Positions 11,722 to 24,921 of a DNA stretch of 64,000 nt are shown one piece after another. How positions within the stretch are numbered: the first letter of the stretch is position 1; each line of letters starts with the position of its first letter. Source of the stretch: the human T2T-CHM13v2.0 reference genome, Homo sapiens; assembly GCF_009914755.1 (NCBI RefSeq), contig NC_060925.1; one strand, given 5' to 3'. The position numbers and the translations under genes were made by a program. The notes beneath the pieces were generated by a model. That model saw nothing but the letters and a program-made list of their open reading frames with translations, was not told the origin of the DNA and ran no database searches.

Positions 11722-14700
11722 TTGGAGATTTCAAGCGCTTTGGGGCCAAAGGCAGAAAAGGAAATATCTTCGTATAAAAACTAGACAGAATCATTCTCAG
11801 AAACTGCTGCGTGATGTGTGCGTTCAACTCTCAGAGTTTAACTTTTCTTTTCATTCAGCGGTTTGGAAACACTCTGTTTGTAAAGTCTGCACGTGGATAT
11901 TTTGACCACTTAGAGGCCTTCGTTGGAAACGGGTTTTTTTCATGTAAGGCTAGACAGAAGAATTCCCAGTAACTTCCTTGTGTTGTGTGCATTCAACTCA
12001 CAGAGTTGAACGTTCCCTTAGACAGAGCAGATTTGAAACACTCTATTTCTGCAATTTGCAAGTGTAGTTTTTAAGCTCTTTAAGGTCAACGGCAGAAAAG
12101 GAAATATCTTCGTTTCAAAACTAGACAGAATCATTCCCACAAACTGCGTTGTGATGTGTTCGTTCAACTCACAGAGTTTAACCTTTCTGTTCATAGAGCA
12201 GTTAGGAAACACTCTGTAACGTCTGTAAGTGGATATTCTGACATCTTGTGGCCTTCGTTGGAAACGGGATTTCTTCATATTCTGCTAGAAAGAAGAATTC
12301 TCAGTAACTTCCTTGTGTTGTGTGTATTCAACTCACAGAGTTGAACGATCCTTTACACAGTGCAGACTTCAAACACTCTTTTTGTGGAATTTGCAAGTGG
12401 AGATTTCAGCCGCTTTGAGGTCAATGGTAGAAAAGGAAACTATCTTCATATAAAGACTAGACAGAATGATTCTCAGAAAATCTTTTGTGATGTGTGCGTT
12501 CAACTCACAGAGTTTAACTTTTCTTCTCATAGAGCAGTTAGGAAACACTCTGTTTGTAAAGTGTGCAAGTGGATATTCAGACCTCTTTGAGGCCTTCGTT
12601 GGAAACGGGATTTCTTCATATTATGCTAGACAGAATAATTCTCAGTAACTTCCTTGTGTTGTGTGTATTCAACTCACAGAGTTGAAGGATCCTTTACAGA
12701 GAGCAGGCTTGAAACACTCTTTTTGTGGAATTTGCAAGTGGAGATTTCAGCCGCTTTGAGGTCAATGGTAGAATAGGAAATATCTTCTTATAGAAACTAG
12801 ACAGAATGATTCTCATAAACTCCTTTGTGATGTGGGCGTTCAACTCACAGAGTTTAACCTTTCTTTTCATAGAGCAGTTAGGAAACACTCTGTTTGTAAA
12901 GTCTGCAAGTGGATATTCAGACCTACTTGAGGCCTTCGTTGGAAACGGGATTTCTTCATATTCTGCTAGACAGAAGAATTCTCAGTAACTTCCTTGTGTT
13001 GTGTTTATTCAACTCACAGAGTTGAATGATCCTTTACACAGAGCAGACTTGAAACACTCTTTTTGTGGAATTTGCAAGTGGAGATTTCAGCCGCTTTGAG
13101 GTCAATGGTAGAAAAGTAAATATCTTCGTATAAAGACTAGACAGAATGATTCTCAGAAACTCCTTTGTGATGTGTGCGTTCAACTCACAGAGTTTAACCT
13201 TTCTGTTCATAGAGCAGTTAGGAAACACTCTGTTTTTAAAGTCTGCAAGTGGATATTCAGACCTCCTTGAGGCCTTCATTGGAAACGGGATTTCTTCATA
13301 TTCTGCTAGACAGAAGAATTCTCAGTAACTTCCTTGTGTTGTGTGTATTCAACTCACAGAGTTGAATGATCCTTTACACAGAGCAGACTTGAAACACTCT
13401 TTTTGTGGAATTTGCAAGTGGAGATTTCAGCCGCTTTGAGGTCAATGGTAGAAAAGGAAATATCTTCGTATAAAGACTAGACAGAATGATTCTCAGAAAC
13501 TCCTTTGTGATGTGTGCGTTCAACTCACAGAGTTTAACTTTTCTTTTCATAGAGCAGTTAGGAAACACTCTGTTTGTAAAGTCTGCAAGTGGATATTCAG
13601 ACCTCTTTGAGGCCTTCGTTGGAAACGGGATTTCTTCATATTCTGCTAGACAGAAGAATTCTCAGTAACTTCCTTGTGTTGTGTGTATTCAACTCACAGA
13701 GTTGAAGGATCCTTTACAGAGAGCAGGCTTGAAACACTCTTTTTGTCGAATTTGCAAGTGGAGATTTCAGCCGCTTTGAGGTGAATGGTAGAATAGGAAA
13801 TATCTTCTTATAGAAACTAGACAGAATGATTCTCATAAACTCCTTTGTGATGCGTGCGTTCAACTCACAGAGTTTAACCTTTCTTTTCATAGAGCAGTTA
13901 GGAAACACTCTGTTTGTAAAGTCTGCAAGTGGATATTCAGACCTCCTTGAGGCCTTCGTTGGAAACGGGATTTCTTCATATTCTGCTAGACAGAAGAATT
14001 CTCAGTAACTTCCTTCTGTTGTGTTTATTCAACTCACAGAGTTGAATGATCCTTTACACAGAGCAGACTTGAAACACTCTTTTTGTGGAAATTGCAAGTG
14101 GAGATTTCAGCCGCTTTGAGGTCAATGGTAGAAAAGTAAATATCTTCGTAAAAAGACTAGACATAATGATTCTCAGAAACTCCTTTGTGATGTGTGCGTT
14201 CAACTCACAGAGTTTAACCTTTCTGTTCATAGAGCAGTTAGGAAACACTCTGTTTGTAAAGTCTGCAAGTGGATATTCAGACCTCCTTGAGGCCTTCGTT
14301 GGAAACGGGATTTCTTCATATTCTGCTAGACAGAAGAATTCTCAGTAACTTCCTTGTGTTGTGTGTATTCAACTCACAGAGTTGAACGATCCTTTACACA
14401 GAGCAGACTTGAAACACTCTTTTTGTGGAATTTGCAAGTGAAGATTTCAGCCGCTTTGAGGGCAATAGTAGAAAAGGAAACATCTTCGTAGAAAAACTAG
14501 ACAGAATGATTCTCAGAAACTCCTTTGTGATGTGTGTGTTCAACTCACAGAGTTTAACCTTTCTTTTCATAGAGCAGTTAGTAAACACTCTGTTTATAAA
14601 GTCTGCAAGTGGATATTCAGACCCCTTTGAGGCCTTCGTTGGAAACGGGATTTCTTCATATTATGCCAGACAGAAGAATTCTCAGTAACTTCCTTGTGTT

Positions 14701-17700
14701 GTGTGTATTCAACTGACAGAGCTGAACTTTCATTTACAGAGAGCAGATTTGAAACACTGTTTTTGTGGAATTTGCAAGTGGAGATTTCAAGCGCTTTGGG
14801 GCCAAAGGCAGAAAAGGAAATATCTTCGTATAAAAACTAGACAGAATCATTCTCATAAACTGCTGCGTGATGTGTGCGTTCAACTCTCAGAGTTTAACTT
14901 TTCTTTTCATTCAGCGGTTTGGAAACACTCTGTTTGTAAAGTCTGCACTTGGATATTTTGACCACTTAGAGGCCTTCGTTGGAAACGGGTTTTTTTTCAT
15001 GTAAGGCTAGACAGAAGAATTCCCAGTAACTTCCTTGTGTTGTGTGCATTCAACTCACAGAGTTGAACGTTCCATTAGACAGAGCAGATTTGAAACACTC
15101 TATTTGTGCAATTTGCAAGTGTAGATTTCAAGCGCTTTAAGGTCAATGGCAGAAAAGGAAATATCTTCGTTTCAAAACTAGACAGAATCATTCCCACAAA
15201 CTGCCTTGTGATGTGTTCGTTCAACTCACAGAGTTTAACCTTTCTATTCATAGAGCAGTTAGGAAACACTCTGTAACGTCTGTAAGTGGATATTCTGACA
15301 TCTTGTGGCCTTCGTTGGAAACGGGATTTCTTCATATTCTGCTAGACAGAAGAATTCTCAGTAACTTCCTTGTGTTGTGTGTATTCAACTCACAGAGTTG
15401 AACGATCCTTTACACAGAGCAGACTTGAAACACTCTTTTTGTGGAATTTGCAAGTGGAGATTTCAGCCGCTTTGAGGTCAATGGTAGAAAAGGAAACTAT
15501 CTTCATATAAAGACTAGACAGAATGATTCTCAGAAAATCATTTGTGATGTGTGCGTTCAACTCACAGAGTTTAACTTTTCTTCTCATAGAGCAGTTAGGA
15601 AACACTCTGTTTGTAAAGTCTGCAAGTGGATATTCAGACCTCTTTGAGGCCTTCGTTGGAAACGGGATTTCTTCATATTCTGCTAGACAGAAGAATTCTC
15701 AGTAACTTCCTTGTGTTGTGTGTATTCAACTCACAGAGTTGAATGACCCTTTACACAGAGTAGACTTGAAACACTCTTTTTGTGGAATTTGCAAGTGGAG
15801 ATTTCAGCCGCTTTGTGGTCAATGGTAGAATAGGAAATATCTTCCTATAGAAACTAGACAGAATGATTCTCAGAAACTCCTTTGTGATGTGTGCGTTCAA
15901 CTCACAGAGTTTAAACTTTCTTTTCATAGAGCAGTTAGGAAACACTCTGTTTGTAAAGTCTGCAAGCGGATATTCAGACCTCTTTGAAGCCTTCGTTGGA
16001 AACGGGATTTCTTCATATTCTGCTAGACAGAAGAATTCTCAGTAACTTCCTTGTGTTGTGTGTATTCAACTCACAGAGATGAACGATCCTTTACACAGAG
16101 CAGACTTGAAACACTCCTTTTGTGGAATTTGCAAGTGGAGATTTCAGCCGCTTTGAGGTCAATGGTAGAAAAGGAATCTATCTTCGTATAAAGACTAGAC
16201 AGAATGATTCCCACAAAATCCTTTGTGATGTGTGCGTTCAACTCACAGAGTTTAAACTTTCTTTTCATAGAGCAGTTAGGAAACACTCTGTTTGTAAAGT
16301 CTGCAAGCGGATATTCAGACCTCTTTGAAGCCTTCGTTGGAAACGGGATTTCTTCATATTCTGCTAGACAGAAGAATTCTCAGTAACTTCCTTGTGTTGT
16401 GTGTATTCAACTCACAGAGTTGAAGGATCCTTTACAGAGAGCAGGCTTGAAACACTCTTTTTGTCGAATTTGCAAGTGGAGATTTCAGCCGCTTTGAGGT
16501 CAATGGTAGAATAGGAAATATCTTCTTATAGAAACTAGACAGAATGATTCTCATAAGCTCCTTTGTGATGTGTGCGTTCAACTCACAGAGTTTAACCTTT
16601 CTTTTCATAGAGCAGTTAGGAAACACTCTGTTTGTAAAGTCTGCAAGTGGATATTCAGACCTCTTTGAGGCCTTCGTTGGAAACGGGATTTCTTCATATT
16701 ATGCTAGACAGAAGAATTCTCAGTAACTTCCTTGTGTTGTGTGTATTCAACTCACAGAGTTGAACGATCCTTTACACAGAGCAGACTTGAAACATTCTTT
16801 TTGTGGAATTTGCAAGTGGAGATTTCAGCCGCTTTGAGGTCAATGGTAGAATAGGAAATATCTTCCTATAGAAACTAGACAGAACGATTCTCAGAAACTC
16901 CATTGTGATGTGTGCGTTCAACTCACAGAGTTTAACCTTTCTTTTCATAGAGCAGTTAGGAAACACTCTGTTTGTAAAGTCTGCAAGTGGATATTCAGAC
17001 CTCTTTGAGGCCTTCGTTGGAAACGGGATTTCTTCCTATTCTGCTAGACAGAAGAATTCTCAGTAACTTCCTTGTGTTGTGTGTATTCAACTCACAGAGT
17101 TGAACGATCCTTTACACAGAGCAGACTTGAAACACTCTTTTTGTGGAATTTGCAAGTGGAGATTTCAGCCGCATTGAGGTCAATAGTAGAAAAGGAAATA
17201 TCTTCGTAGAAAAACTAGACAGAATGATTGTCAGAAACTCCTTTGTGATGTGTGTGTTCAACTCACAGAGTTTAAGCTTTCTTTTCATAGAGCAGTTAGT
17301 AAACACTCTGTTTATAAAGTCTGCAAGTGGATATTCAGACCCCTTTGAGGCCTTCGTTGGAAACGGGATTTCTTCATATTATGCTAGACAGAAGAATTCT
17401 CAGTAACTTCCTTGTGTTGTGTGTATTCAACTGACAGAGTTGAACTTTCATTTAGAGAGAGCAGATTTGAAACACTGTTTTTGTGGAATTTGCAATTGGA
17501 GATTTCAAGCGCTTTGGGGCCAAAGGCAGAAAAGGAAATATCTTCGTATAAAAACTAGACAGAATCATTCTCAGAAACTGCTGCGTGATGTGTGCGTTCA
17601 ACTCTCAGAGTTTAACTTTTCTTTTCATTCAGCGGTTTGGAAACACTCTGTTTGTAAAGTCTGCACGTGGATATTTTGACCACTTAGAGGCCTTCGTTGG

Positions 17701-20700
17701 AAACGGGTTTTTTTCATGTAAGGCTAGACAGAAGAATTCCCAGTAACTTCCTTGTGTTGTGTGCATTCAACTCACAGAGTTGAACGTTCCCTTAGACAGA
17801 GCAGATTTGAAACACTCTATTTCTGCAATTTGCAAGTGTAGTTTTTAAGCTCTTTAAGGTCAACGGCAGAAAAGGAAATATCTTCGTTTCAAAACTAGAC
17901 AGAATCATTCCCACAAACTGCGTTGTGATGTGTTCGTTCAACTCACAGAGTTTAACCTTTCTGTTCATAGAGCAGTTAGGAAACACTCTGTAACGTCTGT
18001 AAGTGGATATTCTGACATCTTGTGGCCTTCGTTGGAAACGGGATTTCTTCATATTCTGCTAGAAAGAAGAATTCTCAGTAACTTCCTTGTGTTGTGTGTA
18101 TTCAACTCACAGAGTTGAACGATCCTTTACACAGTGCAGACTTCAAACACTCTTTTTGTGGAATTTGCAAGTGGAGATTTCAGCCGCTTTGAGGTCAATG
18201 GTAGAAAAGGAAACTATCTTCATATAAAGACTAGACAGAATGATTCTCAGAAAATCTTTTGTGATGTGTGCGTTCAACTCACAGAGTTTAACTTTTCTTC
18301 TCATAGAGCAGTTAGGAAACACTCTGTTTGTAAAGTGTGCAAGTGGATATTCAGACCTCTTTGAGGCCTTCGTTGGAAACGGGATTTCTTCATATTATGC
18401 TAGACAGAATAATTCTCAGTAACTTCCTTGTGTTGTGTGTATTCAACTCACAGAGTTGAAGGATCCTTTACAGAGAGCAGGCTTGAAACACTCTTTTTGT
18501 GGAATTTGCAAGTGGAGATTTCAGCCGCTTTGAGGTCAATGGTAGAATAGGAAATATCTTCTTATAGAAACTAGACAGAATGATTCTCATAAACTCCTTT
18601 GTGATGTGGGCGTTCAACTCACAGAGTTTAACCTTTCTTTTCATAGAGCAGTTAGGAAACACTCTGTTTGTAAAGTCTGCAAGTGGATATTCAGACCTAC
18701 TTGAGGCCTTCGTTGGAAACGGGATTTCTTCATATTCTGCTAGACAGAAGAATTCTCAGTAACTTCCTTGTGTTGTGTTTATTCAACTCACAGAGTTGAA
18801 TGATCCTTTACACAGAGCAGACTTGAAACACTCTTTTTGTGGAATTTGCAAGTGGAGATTTCAGCCGCTTTGAGGTCAATGGTAGAAAAGTAAATATCTT
18901 CGTATAAAGACTAGACAGAATGATTCTCAGAAACTCCTTTGTGATGTGTGCGTTCAACTCACAGAGTTTAACCTTTCTGTTCATAGAGCAGTTAGGAAAC
19001 ACTCTGTTTTTAAAGTCTGCAAGTGGATATTCAGACCTCCTTGAGGCCTTCATTGGAAACGGGATTTCTTCATATTCTGCTAGACAGAAGAATTCTCAGT
19101 AACTTCCTTGTGTTGTGTGTATTCAACTCACAGAGTTGAATGATCCTTTACACAGAGCAGACTTGAAACACTCTTTTTGTGGAATTTGCAAGTGGAGATT
19201 TCAGCCGCTTTGAGGTCAATGGTAGAAAAGGAAATATCTTCGTATAAAGACTAGACAGAATGATTCTCAGAAACTCCTTTGTGATGTGTGCGTTCAACTC
19301 ACAGAGTTTAACTTTTCTTTTCATAGAGCAGTTAGGAAACACTCTGTTTGTAAAGTCTGCAAGTGGATATTCAGACCTCTTTGAGGCCTTCGTTGGAAAC
19401 GGGATTTCTTCATATTCTGCTAGACAGAAGAATTCTCAGTAACTTCCTTGTGTTGTGTGTATTCAACTCACAGAGTTGAAGGATCCTTTACAGAGAGCAG
19501 GCTTGAAACACTCTTTTTGTCGAATTTGCAAGTGGAGATTTCAGCCGCTTTGAGGTGAATGGTAGAATAGGAAATATCTTCTTATAGAAACTAGACAGAA
19601 TGATTCTCATAAACTCCTTTGTGATGCGTGCGTTCAACTCACAGAGTTTAACCTTTCTTTTCATAGAGCAGTTAGGAAACACTCTGTTTGTAAAGTCTGC
19701 AAGTGGATATTCAGACCTCCTTGAGGCCTTCGTTGGAAACGGGATTTCTTCATATTCTGCTAGACAGAAGAATTCTCAGTAACTTCCTTCTGTTGTGTTT
19801 ATTCAACTCACAGAGTTGAATGATCCTTTACACAGAGCAGACTTGAAACACTCTTTTTGTGGAAATTGCAAGTGGAGATTTCAGCCGCTTTGAGGTCAAT
19901 GGTAGAAAAGTAAATATCTTCGTAAAAAGACTAGACATAATGATTCTCAGAAACTCCTTTGTGATGTGTGCGTTCAACTCACAGAGTTTAACCTTTCTGT
20001 TCATAGAGCAGTTAGGAAACACTCTGTTTGTAAAGTCTGCAAGTGGATATTCAGACCTCCTTGAGGCCTTCGTTGGAAACGGGATTTCTTCATATTCTGC
20101 TAGACAGAAGAATTCTCAGTAACTTCCTTGTGTTGTGTGTATTCAACTCACAGAGTTGAACGATCCTTTACACAGAGCAGACTTGAAACACTCTTTTTGT
20201 GGAATTTGCAAGTGAAGATTTCAGCCGCTTTGAGGGCAATAGTAGAAAAGGAAACATCTTCGTAGAAAAACTAGACAGAATGATTCTCAGAAACTCCTTT
20301 GTGATGTGTGTGTTCAACTCACAGAGTTTAACCTTTCTTTTCATAGAGCAGTTAGTAAACACTCTGTTTATAAAGTCTGCAAGTGGATATTCAGACCCCT
20401 TTGAGGCCTTCGTTGGAAACGGGATTTCTTCATATTATGCCAGACAGAAGAATTCTCAGTAACTTCCTTGTGTTGTGTGTATTCAACTGACAGAGCTGAA
20501 CTTTCATTTACAGAGAGCAGATTTGAAACACTGTTTTTGTGGAATTTGCAAGTGGAGATTTCAAGCGCTTTGGGGCCAAAGGCAGAAAAGGAAATATCTT
20601 CGTATAAAAACTAGACAGAATCATTCTCATAAACTGCTGCGTGATGTGTGCGTTCAACTCTCAGAGTTTAACTTTTCTTTTCATTCAGCGGTTTGGAAAC

Positions 20701-22437
20701 ACTCTGTTTGTAAAGTCTGCACTTGGATATTTTGACCACTTAGAGGCCTTCGTTGGAAACGGGTTTTTTTTCATGTAAGGCTAGACAGAAGAATTCCCAG
20801 TAACTTCCTTGTGTTGTGTGCATTCAACTCACAGAGTTGAACGTTCCATTAGACAGAGCAGATTTGAAACACTCTATTTGTGCAATTTGCAAGTGTAGAT
20901 TTCAAGCGCTTTAAGGTCAATGGCAGAAAAGGAAATATCTTCGTTTCAAAACTAGACAGAATCATTCCCACAAACTGCCTTGTGATGTGTTCGTTCAACT
21001 CACAGAGTTTAACCTTTCTATTCATAGAGCAGTTAGGAAACACTCTGTAACGTCTGTAAGTGGATATTCTGACATCTTGTGGCCTTCGTTGGAAACGGGA
21101 TTTCTTCATATTCTGCTAGACAGAAGAATTCTCAGTAACTTCCTTGTGTTGTGTGTATTCAACTCACAGAGTTGAACGATCCTTTACACAGAGCAGACTT
21201 GAAACACTCTTTTTGTGGAATTTGCAAGTGGAGATTTCAGCCGCTTTGAGGTCAATGGTAGAAAAGGAAACTATCTTCATATAAAGACTAGACAGAATGA
21301 TTCTCAGAAAATCATTTGTGATGTGTGCGTTCAACTCACAGAGTTTAACTTTTCTTCTCATAGAGCAGTTAGGAAACACTCTGTTTGTAAAGTCTGCAAG
21401 TGGATATTCAGACCTCTTTGAGGCCTTCGTTGGAAACGGGATTTCTTCATATTCTGCTAGACAGAAGAATTCTCAGTAACTTCCTTGTGTTGTGTGTATT
21501 CAACTCACAGAGTTGAATGACCCTTTACACAGAGTAGACTTGAAACACTCTTTTTGTGGAATTTGCAAGTGGAGATTTCAGCCGCTTTGTGGTCAATGGT
21601 AGAATAGGAAATATCTTCCTATAGAAACTAGACAGAATGATTCTCAGAAACTCCTTTGTGATGTGTGCGTTCAACTCACAGAGTTTAAACTTTCTTTTCA
21701 TAGAGCAGTTAGGAAACACTCTGTTTGTAAAGTCTGCAAGCGGATATTCAGACCTCTTTGAAGCCTTCGTTGGAAACGGGATTTCTTCATATTCTGCTAG
21801 ACAGAAGAATTCTCAGTAACTTCCTTGTGTTGTGTGTATTCAACTCACAGAGATGAACGATCCTTTACACAGAGCAGACTTGAAACACTCCTTTTGTGGA
21901 ATTTGCAAGTGGAGATTTCAGCCGCTTTGAGGTCAATGGTAGAAAAGGAATCTATCTTCGTATAAAGACTAGACAGAATGATTCCCACAAAATCCTTTGT
22001 GATGTGTGCGTTCAACTCACAGAGTTTAAACTTTCTTTTCATAGAGCAGTTAGGAAACACTCTGTTTGTAAAGTCTGCAAGCGGATATTCAGACCTCTTT
22101 GAAGCCTTCGTTGGAAACGGGATTTCTTCATATTCTGCTAGACAGAAGAATTCTCAGTAACTTCCTTGTGTTGTGTGTATTCAACTCACAGAGTTGAAGG
22201 ATCCTTTACAGAGAGCAGGCTTGAAACACTCTTTTTGTCGAATTTGCAAGTGGAGATTTCAGCCGCTTTGAGGTCAATGGTAGAATAGGAAATATCTTCT
22301 TATAGAAACTAGACAGAATGATTCTCATAAGCTCCTTTGTGATGTGTGCGTTCAACTCACAGAGTTTAACCTTTCTTTTCATAGAGCAGTTAGGAAACAC
22401 TCTGTTTGTAAAGTCTGCAAGTGGATATTCAGACCTC
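10824..22437 (+). repeat. Tandem duplication, period 5,774 bp (34 monomers = 18-mer + 16-mer units)
   Basis: ORF translations from 10998-16626 recur identically at +5774 (e.g. 12018/17792, 15075/20849, 16432/22206). Flanking mismatches are at 10823/16597 and 16664/22438. Confidence 0.95.
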
Positions 22438-24921
22438 CTTGAGGCCTTCGTTGGAAACGGGATTTCTTCATATTCTGCTAGACAGAAGAATTCTCAGTAA
22501 CTTCCTTCTGTTGTGTTTATTCTACTCACAGAGTTGAATGATCCTTTACACAGAGCAGACTTGAAACACTCTTTTTGTGGAATTTGCAAGTGGAGATTTC
22601 AGCCGCTTTGAGGTCAACGGTAGAAAAGTAAATATCTTCGTATAAAGACTAGACAGAATGATTCTCAGAAACTCCTTTGTGATGTGTGCGTTCAACTCAC
22701 AGAGTTTAACCTTTCTGTTCATAGAGCTGTTAGGAAACACTCTGTAAAGTCTGCAAGTGGATATTCAGACCTCCTTGAGGCCTTCGTTGGAAACGGGATT
22801 TCTTCATATTCTGCTAGACAGAAGAATTCTCAGTAACTTCCTTGTGTTGTGTGTATTCAACTCACAGAGTTGAACAATCCTTTACACAGAGCAGACTTGA
22901 AACACTCTTTTTGTGGAATTTGCAAGTGGAGATTTCAGCCGCTTTGAGGTCAATGGTAGAATAGGAAATATCTTCCTATAGAAACTAGACAGAACGATTC
23001 TCAGAAACTCCTTTGTGATGTGTGCGTTCAACTCACAGAGTTTAACCTTTCTGTTCATAGAGCAGTTAGGAAACACTCTATTTGTAAAGTCTGCAAGTGG
23101 ATATTCAGACCTCTTTGAGGCCTTCGTTGGAAACGGGATTTCTTCATATTCTGCTAGACAGAAGAATTCTCAGTAACTTCCTTGTGTTGTGTGTATTCAA
23201 CTCACAGAGTTGAACGATCCTTTACACAGAGCAGACTTGAAACACTCTTTTTGTGGAATTTGCAAGTGGAGATTTCAGCCGCTTTCAGGTCAATAGTAGA
23301 AAAGGAAATATCTTCGTAGAAAAACTAGACAGAATGATTCTCAGAAACTGCTTTGTGATGTGTGTGTTCAACTCACAGAGTTTAACCTTTCTTTTCATAG
23401 AGCAGTTAGTAAACACTCTGTTTATAAAGTCTGCAAGTGGATATTCAGACCCCTTTGAGGCCTTCGTTGGAAACGGGATTTCTTCATATTATGCTAGACA
23501 GAAGAATTCTCAGTAACTTCCTTGTGTTGTGTGTATTCAACTGACAGAGTTGAACTTTCATTTAGAGAGAGCAGATTTGAAACACTGTTTTTGTGGAATT
23601 TGCAATTGGAGATTTCAAGCGCTTTGGGGCCAAAGGCAGAAAAGGAAATATCTTCGTATAAAAACTAGACAGAATCATTCTCAGAAACTGCTGCGTGATG
23701 TGTGCGTTCAACTCTCAGAGTTTAACTTTTCTTTTCATTCAGCGGTTTGGAAACACTCTGTTTGTAAAGTCTGCACGTAGATATTTTGACCACTTAGAGG
23801 CCTTCGTTGGAAACGGGTTTTTTTCATGTAAGGCTAGACAGAAGAATTCCCAGTAACTTCCTTGTGTTGTGTGCATTCAACTCACAGAGTTGAACGTTCC
23901 CTTAGACAGAGCAGATTTGAAACACTCTATTTGTGCAATTTGCAAGTGTAGATCTCAAGCGCTTTAAGGTCAATGGGAGAAAAGGAAATATCTTCGTTTC
24001 AAAACTAGACAGAATCATTCCCACAAACTGCGTTGTGATGTGTTCGTTCAACTCACAGAGTTTAACCTTTCTGTTCATACAGCAGTTAGGAAACACTCTG
24101 TTTGTAAAGTCTGCAAGTGGATATTCAGACCTCCTTGAGGCCTTCGTTGGAAACGGGATTTCTTCATATTCTGCTAGACAGAAGAATTCTCAGTAACTTC
24201 CTTGTGTTGTGTTTATTCAACTCACAGAGTTGAATGATCCTTTACACAGAGCAGACTTGAAACACTCTTTTTGTGGAATTTGCAAGTGGAGATTTCAGCC
24301 GCTTTGAGGTCAATGGTAGAAAAGTAAATATCTTCGTATAAAGACTAGACAGAATGATTCTCATAAACTCCTTTGTGATGTGTGCGTTCAACTCACAGAG
24401 TTTAACCTTTCTGTTCATAGAGCAGTTAGGAAACACTCTGTTTGTAAAGTCTGCAAGTGGATATTCAGACCTCTTTGAGGCCTTCGTTGGAAACGGGATT
24501 TCTTCATATTCTGCTAGACAGAAGAATTCTCAGTAACTTCCTTGTGTTGTGTGTATTCAACTGACAGAGTTGAACTTTCATTTGGAGAGAGCAGATTTGA
24601 AACACTGTTTTTGTGGAATTTGCAAGTGGAGATTTCAAGCGCTTTGGGGCCAAAGGCAGAAAAGGAAATATCTTCGTATAAAAACTAGACAGAATCATTC
24701 TCAGAAACTGCTGCGTGATGTGTGCGTTCAACTCTCAGAGTTTAACTTTTCTTTTCATTCAGCGGTTTGGAAACACTCTGTTTGTAAAGTCTGCACGTGG
24801 ATATTTTGACCACTTAGAGGCCTTCGTTGGAAACGGGTTTTTTTCATGTAAGGCTAGACAGAAGAATTCCCAGTAACTTCCTTGTGTTGTGTGCATTCAA
24901 CTCACAGAGTTGAACGTTCCC

